Origin: Tubiluchus corallicola
Taxonomy: Eukaryota; Animalia; Priapulida
Assembly (NCBI GenBank): GCA_030141605.1
Contig: JAQGDQ010000069.1
Location: 315,126-379,125, forward strand
Length of the DNA: 64,000 nucleotides
Direction of reading: 5' to 3'
This document shows positions 12,601-25,600 of this stretch, in pieces; the first letter of the stretch is position 1; each line of letters starts with the position of its first letter. A model generated the notes under the pieces. The model was not told the DNA's origin. It was given only the letters and a program-made list of their open reading frames with translations, and did not search any database. A program made the translations under genes and the position numbers.

Positions 12601-15600
12601 CAGCAACGGATGATAGGTCAGTCGGTGCCATTGCAGCAACTAGTGCAGCAGCAGCAACCTGCCAGAACAAGAATCAGCAGTAGCGTCCCAAGTCCCGATA
12701 GTCCGTTTTCTGCTGGAGATCAGTCTACTGCAACCAGTTACTCAGAGGTAACATTCATTGCTGAACATTTACCGTCTTCACATGGCATGCTAACACATGT
12801 CACTTTCTAATAGGAAGTCACTGTATACCTTACCTTTTCTGTTGTTATAGTTGAACTAAAACCTTAGGCAGTTCTTTTAGTTGAATTAGATCATATTTGC
12901 TATTTTTGCCATCTTCTTCAGGAACTCAAGACCCTAGAGACCATTGTAATGGCAAGTTGGGCATATTACGTTAAGAAGTATCTCACAGCTGGCCATATGT
13001 GGTGAAGAAGGGTTGCACTTTGTTGAAAAACTGTACTGTTAATGGTGTGGTCCATATGGTGGTCTGAATTTTCACTGAACTACTGTTGTTGCTCAAAGAA
13101 CCCCATACCAGACCATTGTAATGGCAAGTTGGGCATATTACGTTAAGAAGTATCTCACAGCTGGCCATATGTGGTGAAGAAGGGTTGCACTTTGTTGAAA
13201 AACTGTACTGTTAATGGTGTGGTTCATATGGTGCTCTGAATTTCCACTGAACTACTGTTGTTGCTCAAAGAACCCCATACCAGGCTGATTTTTCAACTCA
13301 TTTCTCACATTACTGTCATGATCATGGCTAGAGGTTCTAGTCAAAAAGTAAATAAAAAAAATTGCTAATCACCCTTTTTGATTCATGTAAGAGCGCGCCG
13401 AGATTTAAAATGTAGAAAAGTTTAAAAACAAAATGAAAAATCAAAGTATACAATGACCTTTAAGACACCCTATATTAATAACTACATAAGTACTGCTTAA
13501 TATTTTAATTTATTATTTTATTATTTTAATGCTTAGTCATAATCACAAACATCTGAATAATTGTTCTTTGGCATGACCTTGACCTCTCTGACCTATTCCT
13601 GACTGGTATTTTTGTGATAAATTGCAGCACATTGTATTTGTGGTCCCTTTTTGCTGGTCTGTCTTTACATTCCGTAGCAGTTTATTCATGAATGCCAACC
13701 TCACAGTGTTTACTCATCTGTTGAATGCGTCCTGTCAGCATTTATAACTAGTAGCAGAATTCTAAAGTGTTTCTATAATACCTTTGCACAGTGCCTAAAT
13801 TACCATTATCCCATTTTTGCTTGAAATAATCTGTTCCAAACTGTTAAAAAGGTCTGCTATTGTTCATATTTTTAACGTGATTTGCCTGTCATTGTTGCAG
13901 TATGATGACAACGCTATTCTAGATGTTATTATGGGCTTAGAAGAGGATCATCCCGTTGGATCACCATCTATTGCATCTCCACCACCCATGTCTTCTACAG
14001 TGAGTATTTGATCAGTACATTAACTTTATAAAGAATAACATCGTCATCATCATATGCCTGTTCTATCTATTATGTCTCACAAAATAAAATAAATTTGCTC
14101 CAAGCCAGACAGTTACTTTACATAGCAAACACCAGCTAGAACTCCTTTGGCTTTTGAGCAAGATTTCCAAGTGAAAAGATTAAAATTGCAATGTTGAAAG
14201 CCATGAATTATAATGTACAGATGAAAGTTACATGTAAAAAAAATCACTGCTGACTTTTTACTTTTTAAAAACCTTTCTAAATTTGTTAACTTTGTTGGCA
14301 ATTAAAACATTTTGAAACACCCTGATTGTATACAAATTGCATTTTTACTTGGGAACTTGAGTTACAAAGTGATATTTTACCACAGCATTTTTATTTGTCT
14401 CCTTTGGATGCTGTTCAAGAAAAATTCCTGAATTATTGTTGCAACTGTTTTTTGGCAACAGTGTTATGGCCTCATTGCAAGTGTTTTTTTTCAGGTTCCA
14501 GCAACAAATTTTTTGGCAAACTCCGCCCTCAGTCCAGTGTTGCCCTCCTGCCCTTCGCCAAAAGCCGAGGTGTCATCCTCGTGTCCACCTACACTCATTA
14601 TTAAACAGGAACCGGTGGACCTGACCCCAGCGGAACTTAGAGCCTTGCAGAAAGACAGACAGAAAAAGGATTGCCATAATCAAAGTGAGTTTTAACATCA
14701 TAAATTGACTTGCTTCTTTGTTTCAATACATTGGATAAAAAATCTTTGCTTGCCACAAACATCTGCCTGCTATTCAGTGTAGAATAAATTTCAGCTTGAG
14801 AAGTGCCCAACTGCACCAAAAGTTGATAGCATAGTCTAAAGAAAAACCCGTTATTAAATCACCATGAAATCATTGCATGAGAATTGTAAATATTGTAATT
14901 GAATGGTTTGGTGTCATTTTCTCCACATCTGTCTAGAATGATTTAATAAGTGTAAACAGGTATTTATACCACCAGAATTTTAAATTAGTATATAAGTGTA
15001 AACAGGTATTTATACCACCAGAATTTTAAATTAGTATAGGTAGTTGTCGACTTATGCCCTATGCGACTTATAACTTTACGACATGACTGCAACTTAATTA
15101 GTTAGTTCTACAAAACCAACCATAACTCATGTTTTCTTTTATTTTTTAAACAAATGAACTTTAAATCGCTCAGTTTGAATTCATCATAGGCCGCCATACT
15201 TAGTGCGCTTACCCACACAACATCCTACGTGTAGGAGCGCACTGCTTTATATATGGAACCGATATGTGTCCAATTCATCTTATGACCGGTCCTCCAGTAT
15301 GTATTGTGGTCGTAAGTGGACAACTGCGTGTACTAGTATTATTGCTGCATGAGGATGGCTGCTTCAAGAGCCTAAGGACCTAATTCTTGAATCCACAGAG
15401 CCTTTTTATTGTTCACCAAAAAATCTCTGTGCCATTTATACAGTAGGCATTTTTGTCTAGTTTGGATAAACCATATAAATCCTGTTGTTGTCACATTTTA
15501 ATAAAAGATTATCTTTTTAGTTGAAAGAAGACGGAGATACAATATCAACGACAGAATATCTGAGTTGGGCAGGCTGCTACCAAAACAAAATGATCCGTAT

Positions 15601-16401
15601 GTACATTTCCTTTTGTGACAAAATGGTTATGTGTTTAAACAAACATTGTGGGTTTGTACAAAGCTGATGACAGGCAGCCATTGATAAATTGTGTAACATA
15701 TAAATGGCGATCTGTGTATGTGTGCTAGCACAGTCCCGTGAAAGCATTTTGTGCAAGTCAGCTGTCTAAAGTTTGTGACAATTGTTCCCAGTTGGTTTAA
15801 TGCAACTATGCAGCTGTTTTTAAATGAAACTTTCACTACTTATAATGTACACCATTTCTTTTTTAGTCTGGTAGTTCAAATACTTTCAGATGATTTTTAC
15901 TAGAGGGTGTTTCCAAACTCAAGTTGGCCCTTTTAAAAATGTGGACCTTACGCAAGACTCTTGGCGACCCACAAAAGCTGGCCCTGCCCACTCTACACAG
16001 AATGAGCTTTCAAATAATAAGTACTATGCCATGTCCATAGAGTATCATTGTCCATATTACAAAGTTAAGGCTTTTGTAAAACATCTAAAATGGCAGCTTT
16101 CACTTGCCATGGAAGATATTTTTTGCTTCGCACCTTTCTGTTTAAAAGGGATAAAAAATCTTTAATGGAAGAACGTTAGATTGAGGTGAATTGCATCTGG
16201 TGCTTAACATGTTAAAAATGGTGGTAAATGAAAGAGAAAACATGTTTAGATATGTGCATGTGTATATAACCTGGCAAATTAATATACAGATGGCTGATTG
16301 TGTTCTATGTATGAAACTTGTGTAGTCCTGGAGATAACACATGCATGCACACAGGCACGTATGCATGCACTCTCACACACACGCATGCACTCACTCACTC
16401 A

Positions 16402-16461
<60 letters not shown>

Positions 16462-19283
16462 CTATTATTGCGTGTTTAAAACATACGGCCTCCACCTCTC
16501 TTTGTGTTTCTTACATGTGCAGCATTTGGGAGGCATCCAGACTTGATTTAGCCATGTTTATGTTTCTGATCAAACAGATGGTAGCCGAGTTGCGATTTGC
16601 GGTGGATTCCTCTTTGTTGTCGGGACTGAATGCCAGTCTCTGCATCTAATAAAAATGAACCCCATGTTTTGAGAAAAAATATGAGCGGCTTTTGATTTTG
16701 TTGTAGAGGTAATCCCCAGTTGAAGCAGGGAATGTGGATGGTTTCCATTATAGAAAAGTTTAGAGAAAGCAAATCAAACTGTTCTTTGGTTTTTCATGCA
16801 TTCCCTTTTTGTTTCTTCTTTATGTTGAAAATTGGCTTCCATAGAGATTAATGAATTGAAATATTTGTCAAAGTACATTTGAGACGCATGCTTTATCTGT
16901 AACAGATCTCAAAGCATTTCCTTAGTATATTTGGATGAGTGAAACTTAACAAAACCTGATTATGGCACGTTTCGTCTGCCATACTCCGTAATGTGAATGT
17001 TAGTTTGCAGTTATACCACTTACATCTACCTTAAGTAGGCCTTGTTCTTGAGAGTGTTAGTTGTTAGTTTTATACAGTTAATTGCACAACGTAAAACTAC
17101 AATTTTTTCTGCAGAAAATGTAGAATATTGTTATTGTCTAGCACATTTATGTAATTCAGCATTTTTTTCAAATTAAATACTGTCATAGACTTTCTCATTT
17201 ACAAATTTTAAGTTTAAGGTTTTGTTGTACAACATCTCACTTGAAATATTTTGCATTATTTTTTCTGACTTTTGAAGAGCTTTACTGTTCTTTGTGTGTA
17301 GAATTTTCTGCACTTGTGCAGTCAAGTTTTTGCTTTTACTACAAGCTCAGTAAAATACCTAACAGCTGTGTGAATCATAGCGGGTGGCTTCTTTGTTAAG
17401 CCCTGTTCTTGCTGTACTTGGCTTCCCACTAACCTTTGCATTCTCTTTAAAGTTGAACTGTCATTTACATCTCCTAGTGATAGATGATGGTTTAACTTTT
17501 GCTCCCAGTTTGTACTAGCTTCTCGTAGTAGCAAGTAGAATGTTGTTTTGTCATATTTTGCCAAAAGTTTAGTAAAAATCTCCTTAATGTGCAGCTGACT
17601 AGCTTGAATGTACTATAACTGTACATAAATTTTTAAATGTGTTTGTTTGTTCAGTCGTGGTTGGTGTTAACATGCTTTCTGGTTTAAGCGGTAGTATTTC
17701 TGTTTACACTTATGGCTGTTTGCTTCATTTGCCTATTTGTTTGTTTACAATAGCAGCAAGCCCTTACATTTACGATAGTCTGTTTGTTTGATTAATATTA
17801 ATTGTTTTCACCATATGCATGTCCACGGCCATTGAGTGTCATAAGAGAACAGCAGCTGGAAGCATGGTATCTGTTTCACTTTATCTGTTAGCACCATATA
17901 ATTTACTTTATAACATAATAACTGTGAGTTTCGACTTTGTGACTGCTGCCTTGATGCAAAGTTACTATTGTGATTTCTTTAGTAGATCAGAAAATAATTT
18001 AACTGTTTACTTTGTACAGTTGTCAGTTTTATAAAGTTTATTACCTAACCTGACATGGATGATAGTTTAATTTGCTTCACTGGCTTCAAATATGTTGATC
18101 ACTGTGTAAGCAATCTCAGATGTTAGGAATACAGACAAGTTCAGTCATTGCTATGTTGATTAGATTGTTGGAAACTGTATATGGTTTGTTTATTTTTGCA
18201 GGGACTTTCGTCAAAACAAAGGTAACATCCTGCTAGCTTCCGTGAAACATATCAAGGAATTGCAGAAAGAGAATCGGAAGCTGAAAGATATGGAGCAACG
18301 CAATCAGCAGCTGGAAAATGCCAACAAGAAAATGTACCTGATGTTGCAGGTAACAGTCACTTAAAAGGCTTTAGCTTTTTTATCTCATATTTTTCACAAT
18401 ACCTGGCCAATATTTTCAGAAACTTATTCCCTAAGATTGTCCATAATTTACTCAAGTCCGTCATAATTTTGCCACATTCTTAACTTATTGTAAAATTAAC
18501 CACTGCGAAAATTACACGACTGCAAATTTGTCCATTAGCGTTTTTAGTAAAAAGTTAGGTTGTGTTTCTGTATAATGTGCTCACTTTTCCAACTTCGAAT
18601 AAACAATGTTGAGTTTATTTGTGATGGTTGATTTCATTTCGTGAGCATTTGTCTATGTTTATGAAGCACTGGTTAGTGACTTAGTCTATAAATATACATA
18701 TGGAGATAGTGATTACTATTGATAATAACTTTTTGACTTAGTCTATATAAAGATGAAGATTGTATTTAGGCCTACTATTGATGATAACTTTGTTTTCAGC
18801 TTAGATCCTGTAAAATTTTTAGCTTTACTTTGCCTGTCATTTGGGCACTTATTCGAATAGGAATTATCATCAGACAACTTTCGTTTAAGGGCACTTCTGT
18901 TTTGTTGCAAAGTTTCAAAAGCATTTGCTTCAGAAAGCCAGGTCAGTCAGTGAGGCACATAATAGTGCTGTATAAAACTAGTTTACCATTTTTTCATTTA
19001 TCATTTTCAGCAACTTTCTGTCCAAGCTACTGAAACTGGGCTAAACTTCCCCAATGTGAACATGGAACTTTTGGCGACACCGCCTTCTGAGCCTGTCATC
19101 AAGCAAGAAGTCATCGAGCCTCAGTGCAACAACATGGATGATGTGTTTCTACAGGAATCTACTCAGTTGGTACAACCGCTAGGCACTATGTCGCCAACGC
19201 TACTTTCTCCAGACAACCAGACAATGTCACCACTGGGCAACGATATGGACGTAACAATGTCAGATTTTGATTTTCAATTGTGA
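3611..19283 (+). CDS. MITF: MiT/TFE family bHLH-leucine zipper transcription factor (MITF/TFEB/TFE3-like), predicted 563 aa; exons 3611-4062, 4470-4722, 12547-12747, 13901-13999, 14495-14684, 15521-15596, 18202-18349, 19011-19283
   Basis: All joins are GT-AG and phase-consistent (1692 nt in total). Family motifs occur in order: DSGISS, [13 protein letters not shown] (Rag-binding region), [35 protein letters not shown] (acidic activation domain), SSSCP (14-3-3 site), [51 protein letters not shown] (bHLH), zipper ...[12 protein letters not shown], second IKQE. Exon 1 is the least certain; exon 2 has its own ATG at 4501. Confidence 0.92.
6267..6423 (-). mobile_element. Harbinger/PIF-like MITE, copy 1 (inverted relative to 9779-9978)
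   Basis: The reverse complement AAGTGGCGTTTAT...GGAATAGATAAAATCGGTTTATATTGTTT matches 9781-9850; TAA/TTA-flanked termini. Confidence 0.6.
9343..9650. repeat. Minisatellite, about four units of roughly 65-80 bp
   Basis: Recurrent core TAGCCAGTTT...AAAAATTGA(C/G)TCGTTTTTTTGTAAAAATTG(T/C)A. Confidence 0.8.
9779..9978 (+). mobile_element. Harbinger/PIF-like MITE, copy 2
   Basis: Terminal inverted repeats TTAAGTGCCGTTTATC ... GATAAACGCCGCTTTAA. Confidence 0.6.
10513..10770 (+). repeat. Dispersed repeat, copy A (copy B at about 49820-50060)
   Basis: Shared collinear blocks CCAAGCAT..., GACTTTAA.TTG.TTTTACTAA.TACACGAG, ATCACAAT, CTTTCTAACATTTT, CTTCCCG.GAGACT. Confidence 0.65.
12938..13283. repeat. 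172-bp tandem duplication in MiT intron 3
   Basis: AGACCATTGTAATGGCAAG...CCCCATACC starts at 12938 and again at 13110; three substitutions seen between the copies. Confidence 0.92.
14946..15038. repeat. 46-bp perfect tandem duplication
   Basis: ATAAGTGTAAACAGGTATTTATACCACCAGAATTTTAAATTAGTAT starts at 14946 and again at 14992. Confidence 0.9.
15037..15330. mobile_element. pogo/Tigger-like MITE
   Basis: TA-flanked imperfect TIRs TAGGTAGTTGTCGACTTATGCC ... GGTCGTAAGTGGACAACTGCGTG, similar to the Tigger-type CAGGTAGTCCTCGACTTACGAC terminus. Confidence 0.55.
16404..16456. repeat. (CA)n microsatellite
   Basis: Seen directly in the sequence. Confidence 0.95.
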
Positions 19284-22200
19284 ATTCAACGGTGCTCATA
19301 GATTTATTTGTGGTGATGTGAAGTGGCTGGCCTAATTTTTTTAAGGTCACTTTATTGCATTAAGTTCCCAAGCTATGTGTGTGTATCTGCTCTACAGCTG
19401 TTTTTGACATAGATGTGTGTGCCTACAATGTGGGCAACACGACTAGAGTTAATCACAGCTGTCAGTGATTTTAGTTTGTAAAGTCGAGTTATTTTAAATT
19501 TGACATATTTACTATGATTGTCTCTTCTTTTTGACTTGCTAGGATAATAGCATCATTTATGGCAGTTTGTTTGAATAATCTGATTACTTCTAGCAGTACT
19601 GTATATAATGGACATAGTAACTTGACTGAGAATTTTGTAGTTTACAATCTAAGAGTGTTATTTGATGACATTTTGTATTCTGCCATTAACACATTTACAT
19701 TAATGGCCACTAGCAAATTAGGTTTCTGTTTTTGTTTATTCGAACAATCTTGCTTGGAATCCCTGGGTGGCTGTATCATTTACGTTGGCTGCTAACTTAC
19801 GTTAATCATTTAGCGTAGTTTAGTGTTGTTTGGATATGATGTAATATATTATATAGATAGGCAATAACTGCTGTACAAAGTCTAGGATTTTAAAGTATAC
19901 AGTTTAGCATGTCAGTTGCTTTTTTTAATTATATTGTTGCGGTCTGTTTGATACACAGATGCAATTGTTTCACACGTATAAGCAACTTTCACATTATAAT
20001 TAGTGGTGTAGCAAACATTCAAAAGGTGGAACTGCATTGAATATAGATTTATATTTATATCTACAAAGTATAAAGGCTTCGGATAACTTACAGCTTTTTT
20101 TTATGTGGAGCTGCCACTTCTCGCCCTCAACTACACCTCTGGTTACAATGTGGAAAAGCACTCTGGTATAGTGTCTTTTGTGAAAGAAATTGAGTTCATT
20201 GCTGTAACTGACTCAATGTCTAAAGTCATTGTTTGAAGTCAATATTAGAAAATGTCTGTATGAATAAAGGATGAATCAAGCCAAAATATGTGTACTGTAA
20301 TAAGTTTTAGTTGGCTAAATTATCCGTTCATGTAAACTTGAAATGTGTTCACTTGTTTGTGTATTTTGTTATCAACTTGCTCGTTCGATCAGTGATTGAC
20401 GATTAAGATGCTCAAGTGTTGCAGATGACTATCTATTTTTATCTGAGTCAGATTTTTATGCATTGTACTACTAGGTGGGAGTGTGTAATGTGATTAAGAC
20501 TGAAAAATCTTTTACATTAATCAAGTTCCTGTAATTGGTGACATATGCAATATTGAAGTGGAATTGTTATGATAATGTTGTTCTACGATGAACATTTATT
20601 TGCATTTTACTCGACTAGTGCTGTTTAGTGAACGAAAAACCGGTGAGTTATGCAGAGTATGACAAATGTGTCACATAGTCACAAACTTTACTAGTACTAG
20701 TAGTATACTTAAACTAATACCATACATTTCAGATGTCACCTATTGTAAAATAGTTCTAGCTTAGTGTATTATACGAATTTTTATCAATGTAGATGTAGTT
20801 AATTTCATTCTGCATGTACATAGGCTTCTTTTCCCCCATGTTAACAATATCATATATGTATATAATTTATTATAAATAGCCTCTGTCTATTACTGTAGCT
20901 AGCTTATTTTGCATATTCAGTGATTCTAATTAGTACATCGATGCAGTAAAGTACCTTAAATAATTATTCATCTAATTATGTTATCTGGAATATTATGTTA
21001 ACTGCATTTCAGAATAGCTTGTTGCTTGTAAACTACACATTGTAGAAACTGATTTAATGCTGTTAAGAATGCTTTTTCTCTTCGAAGCATGAAAAATGTA
21101 CATTTTTTAAAAGGTTCATTGTAGGCGAAGTAAGTAAAGTACAGTGCCCCTTCTTATCATGCATTCTACTGCTTTTATTCAATTGTGAATAACTTTGTCT
21201 AAATTTATTTTCTAGGTGTAATTTAAAGCGTTAAATTTTAATAAAATCGGTGTCCTGTAACTATCTGTAGGCCTTTCATTTGTGTTAGATGTGCGGTGAC
21301 ACCATATGTCTGATTTACATAGTCAGTTAGTGTACATAATGTTACTGTAAATACATAAATTATATTTTAGCATGTTAACTTTAATTATGTAGTGATTTAT
21401 CCCTGTGATTTAAAGTTAGGAGAATATTTAATGATGATATTTTGCCAATATACGAATGTCTGGAAGATTACATCAGGCTTGCACAGGTGATAAGTTTATA
21501 GGTAGATGTAATCGTGAACTTAAGAATATTCTATTTTATTTGCCTCATTACTTTCTAATCTTGTGTATGTTTGGTTTGCTGTGTATGTCAGGTGCAAAAT
21601 TAGCACACACCAATACAATTTCACATTCTTCTAACATATTTACTGTAATGTTTAAACTCTGTGTAGTATCACAAAGGTTTGCATACTCTAACAGGCATGA
21701 TACTGGTTCAAATCCAAACTTTTTTACTTTTTTACTTTTTTCGCTAGGTTTCTTAATTTAAAGTTTGTGGATTTTCTCTTTTCTTTACCTAGACATTAAG
21801 ATTATACATACTGTGCAGTATCGCTTCTTACGGGTTGTTAAATTGTGTGACTTAGTTAGATAATGTTGGTGTTATATGGTGAAGTGCTGATAAACTTTTG
21901 CCAAATATTACAATTGTTGAATTGTGTAATTGTTGAAATTTAATATTAGCAGGATTGCTGGATACAGCGTGCTTATGATTGCTACAGTAAATTTAATGCT
22001 TTTTTGCTACTACATGCTTTTTTCAGTTCAGCAAAATGATTACTTTTTGTGCCGGTGATTAAAGAAACGTTCCCAAGTGTTGATCGCCATAATGTAGAAG
22101 AGTAAAATTTCTACGTATATGTAATTGCATTTTTGTTGTAGAATACATCAGTATTGGCTGCTTATCATAATAAATCACAAAAATTAATGATATCAGTTTT

Positions 22201-22643
22201 TTCTGCATTTTAATAAGAAATATACATCAGTAATCCAATACATAACTGCAAGTCTGTGTAAATCTGATTTTTCAGTTAATTAATGCACCTAAAGTGTAAA
22301 AGTCTGAACGAAACATAAGATTATTGTACTATTTAACGTCAAAGTAATTTTCAATTTTTATTTTTAACTAGATTATTTTTATTGGCATAGTTACAAACTG
22401 TGCAAGGGAATAACATAGAGTAGTTTTATTAAACTTTAATATACTTATATATATATATGTTTACGAGCAGTAGATCAATCTACAAGTCCCATTCAAAAAC
22501 TTCCACATTCTGAAATTTATAAAAGACAATGAACATGATTACGTTAAAGTCACAGAGAAACAGATCATATTACAATATTTGAAAACAAAATTTAATACTC
22601 TAAGCAAAAGCATAACACAACTGCCTTAGATGAACACATAAAA

Positions 22644-25600
22644 TCACTTGGTCATCTCTAATGTGTATGACCGTGTCAATGCTTGCAGTTCTTCAAGAGA
22701 ATAATCCTCTGGCATAGGAAGCTTACCGAGATGAGGGGCCAGCAGTCTCGTAGGCACCTCTTCGTGCTGTAATGAGAGAATGCAGCGCATCAGCTGTGAT
22801 GTTTGCTTTGCCATTTCTGATTGGCACAATCTGTCTTTAGAATTGCGACACTGCAAGTTGCTTAATCGGTTACAAAGGGATGTAATCTCCGGATAAAGAC
22901 GTTCCAACTCTGCTGCGCTTGGCTCTTGGTCCTTTCTAATGTCTTCAATTGCCTTTGTAAGCAGTAAAAAGTCCAAAAACACCTTGCCACCAATATTCCA
23001 GTCTCGTATGTGTGAACTCCTTTCTGGTTCTGCCAGTTCTCCTAGAAAGTCCAGAAGATATTCTCGGTTGTCATTTATGACGGCCTCGGCAGCTAGATGC
23101 TCAAGCACTACTGTATGACTGTCATTCCACATGCCAGCTTTTAGTAGATGCCAAGCTTCTTCATGTGGTCGATGTTCGTACTTAGCTTTTACAGCTTTTG
23201 CTTCATGCAGCCAACGATCAGGAATCTCTAGCTGATTCAGTAAAAATTCTTCTCGTTTAATGTACTCTTCTTCACTGTCTAGCTGAACATGCTTGGATAG
23301 CAAATGTTTCATGCACTTCTCCCGCCTTGAGGCATTGGGAATGTGTAAAAGGACAAAAGCTGCCCAGTGCCACTGACCACAGGTCTCTAATTGATCCGCA
23401 TAGTTCTGATGCAATTGGCACTGGTGGTAGTCTGACAAATGAGAATAGCCAACGGAACGCAATACCATGTACATGTGCCAGCTAACTCTGAAATCAAGGT
23501 GGTCTGGAGAAAAAGCAGTTGGATTCAGAACGTTTTCCATATCATATGTGTGGTCACTATACAACTTCAGTAAATGGTAACAAGTATCTAATTTCTCAGG
23601 CTTCTCATCCTTAGATGACTTTGTGTACAAGCGTGCCAAGTAATCAGGAACGGGCGGAGCAGTATAAGGTCCAAAGGGACTATCACCAAGAAATGCTTTT
23701 TCATATTGATGAACAGCGATCTCAATGGTCTCCCAACTACTACACTGGTACCATAAATGCAAAGCAAGAGCCCTTTTCCAGTCCAAACCAGCACACGTGT
23801 TAATCACATCCTGTGCACTGGGCCACACCAGTGTTCCGGAAAGTAGAGCATAAATCTTTAATCGGTCATGCTCAATGAATCTGTCACCTTTAACTTCAGC
23901 CCATTCATTGAGCTGACGGTGAAGTAAGTTCCGCACTACAGGTGAACCTAAGGGCTGAGATAGCAAAAGTGCTAGCCTATGGTCTCCAACATTTTGTGCT
24001 GTTTTACATGCAGTAGATATATGCCCAGCCGTCATTAAGTTAAACATTGTTGCTACATGTCCAGTGGAACCAGTTTCTGGCGTTTGTCTTTGAATGAAGC
24101 TATTAGCAGTTGACGAAAGCCACTTGGAAAATGCTTCTCGACGAGCCACGTGACATTCATGCTTCACTCTCACTGTGTCATCCAGTGGATCGAGAACTCC
24201 TGGAATGTTACCCCACAAAGCGCAGCACAAATCCCACACCAAACTGACTCGATGAATGAAACTCATTTCTGTCACATCTTTTGAGCTGGTCAAATCATGA
24301 CATAAATTGGCATATTCGTGAAGTGAGTCAACACCTTGCTTCGGTAGAAAGAATGGACAATTACCATTCTCAACTGAAGACACACTATTTGCAAGATGAA
24401 TGGCTAAATGTTTTTCAGTAATTTCTAATTCCAAAGTATTCGTGTCGTGTAACGTAGCAAGCTTTTCTATTGTCACTGTAAATGATGATAATCCTATTCT
24501 CGGTTGAGGAATTAGTTTAACTGGTGGAAGCTGCCCAAAGTCCTCCAGTTTGTCAGTAGGAGAATTGCCTATGTTAGAACCCATGTGAGTAAAAACCAAA
24601 CCTGGTGCCCAAGCCACTCTGAATGCCCTGCCCATAAATAATCCTGCATCTGCAAGGAGATGATGCTTTTTGCGACAAATGGAGTGTTCCAGTGGAGCAA
24701 GCTCAGGCTGCCTTCTAGCACCAACCACTTTGTACAGTTTGACAGGCATGCCAGATGGAATAAGTGGATGATCAGAGTAAGCATGTGGCTCCATCTCTGG
24801 TAGATTTGACTTCAAGTATTGTGGGGCAGCTTTAAATCGTCTGGACATTAATGGACTTGTATCAGGTGGGTCAAAGACTTTGCTGCTCAACTGATATGAT
24901 CGCTGCAAAATAGAGCTTGTATCACCAGAAGCATGAATCGATGACTCTGCAACTAGTGGCTCAAAAGCAATAGATCGTGGCAAGACACCACCAAGATGTT
25001 TCCGTTTCACGTCAAAATACCTTTTATCATCTTCAAATCCCATGTCCATCTGCTCCTCTTCGGCCATATCTTGAAAAAACGAAGCTTTCATAACTTGCAG
25101 ACGGTGTGCATTTACGCCTAGAGCTTCAATGGGATAAGAATTTGGGCTCTGATACTGTCCTTTGCTCTGTGTACTGTGATCCTGCATTGAGACCATATCC
25201 TCTGGAATTTTCTCATCTGTGATTCCAGTAAACTTGTCTAATACAAAGTCTTTACTCACATCAGCCATTTCCAAGTCATCTTCTGCAATCAACTGGTCTC
25301 TCGTGATCTCCCCATTTTCAACAACTGCCTTTTGAATTTCGCTAGCCTCCTTTTGTTGAGAGGTGCCTTTCTTAGGTATGTTTGATTGCAGTTTCTCTGC
25401 AAGAAGCTGTTTTTGTGCTTTAAGAAGTTCTCGTCTCTTGTTCAACTCTTCAGGTGTCAACTCATCCTCGTCAGAATCTTCAAGCCCATACTTGGAAAAG
25501 TGTTTTACCTGGAATACCCACGAACCACTTTCAGCACGATAGTCAACAAAAACAGCAGATAGCTTAGCTGTTGCTCTTTCCAGTTTCTCCTGATAGCCCA

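Noticed and set aside
21695-21730. GGTTCAAATCC B-box-like motifs (also near 49130) considered as tRNA genes
   Set aside because: No cloverleaf or matching A-box; at most SINE remnants.
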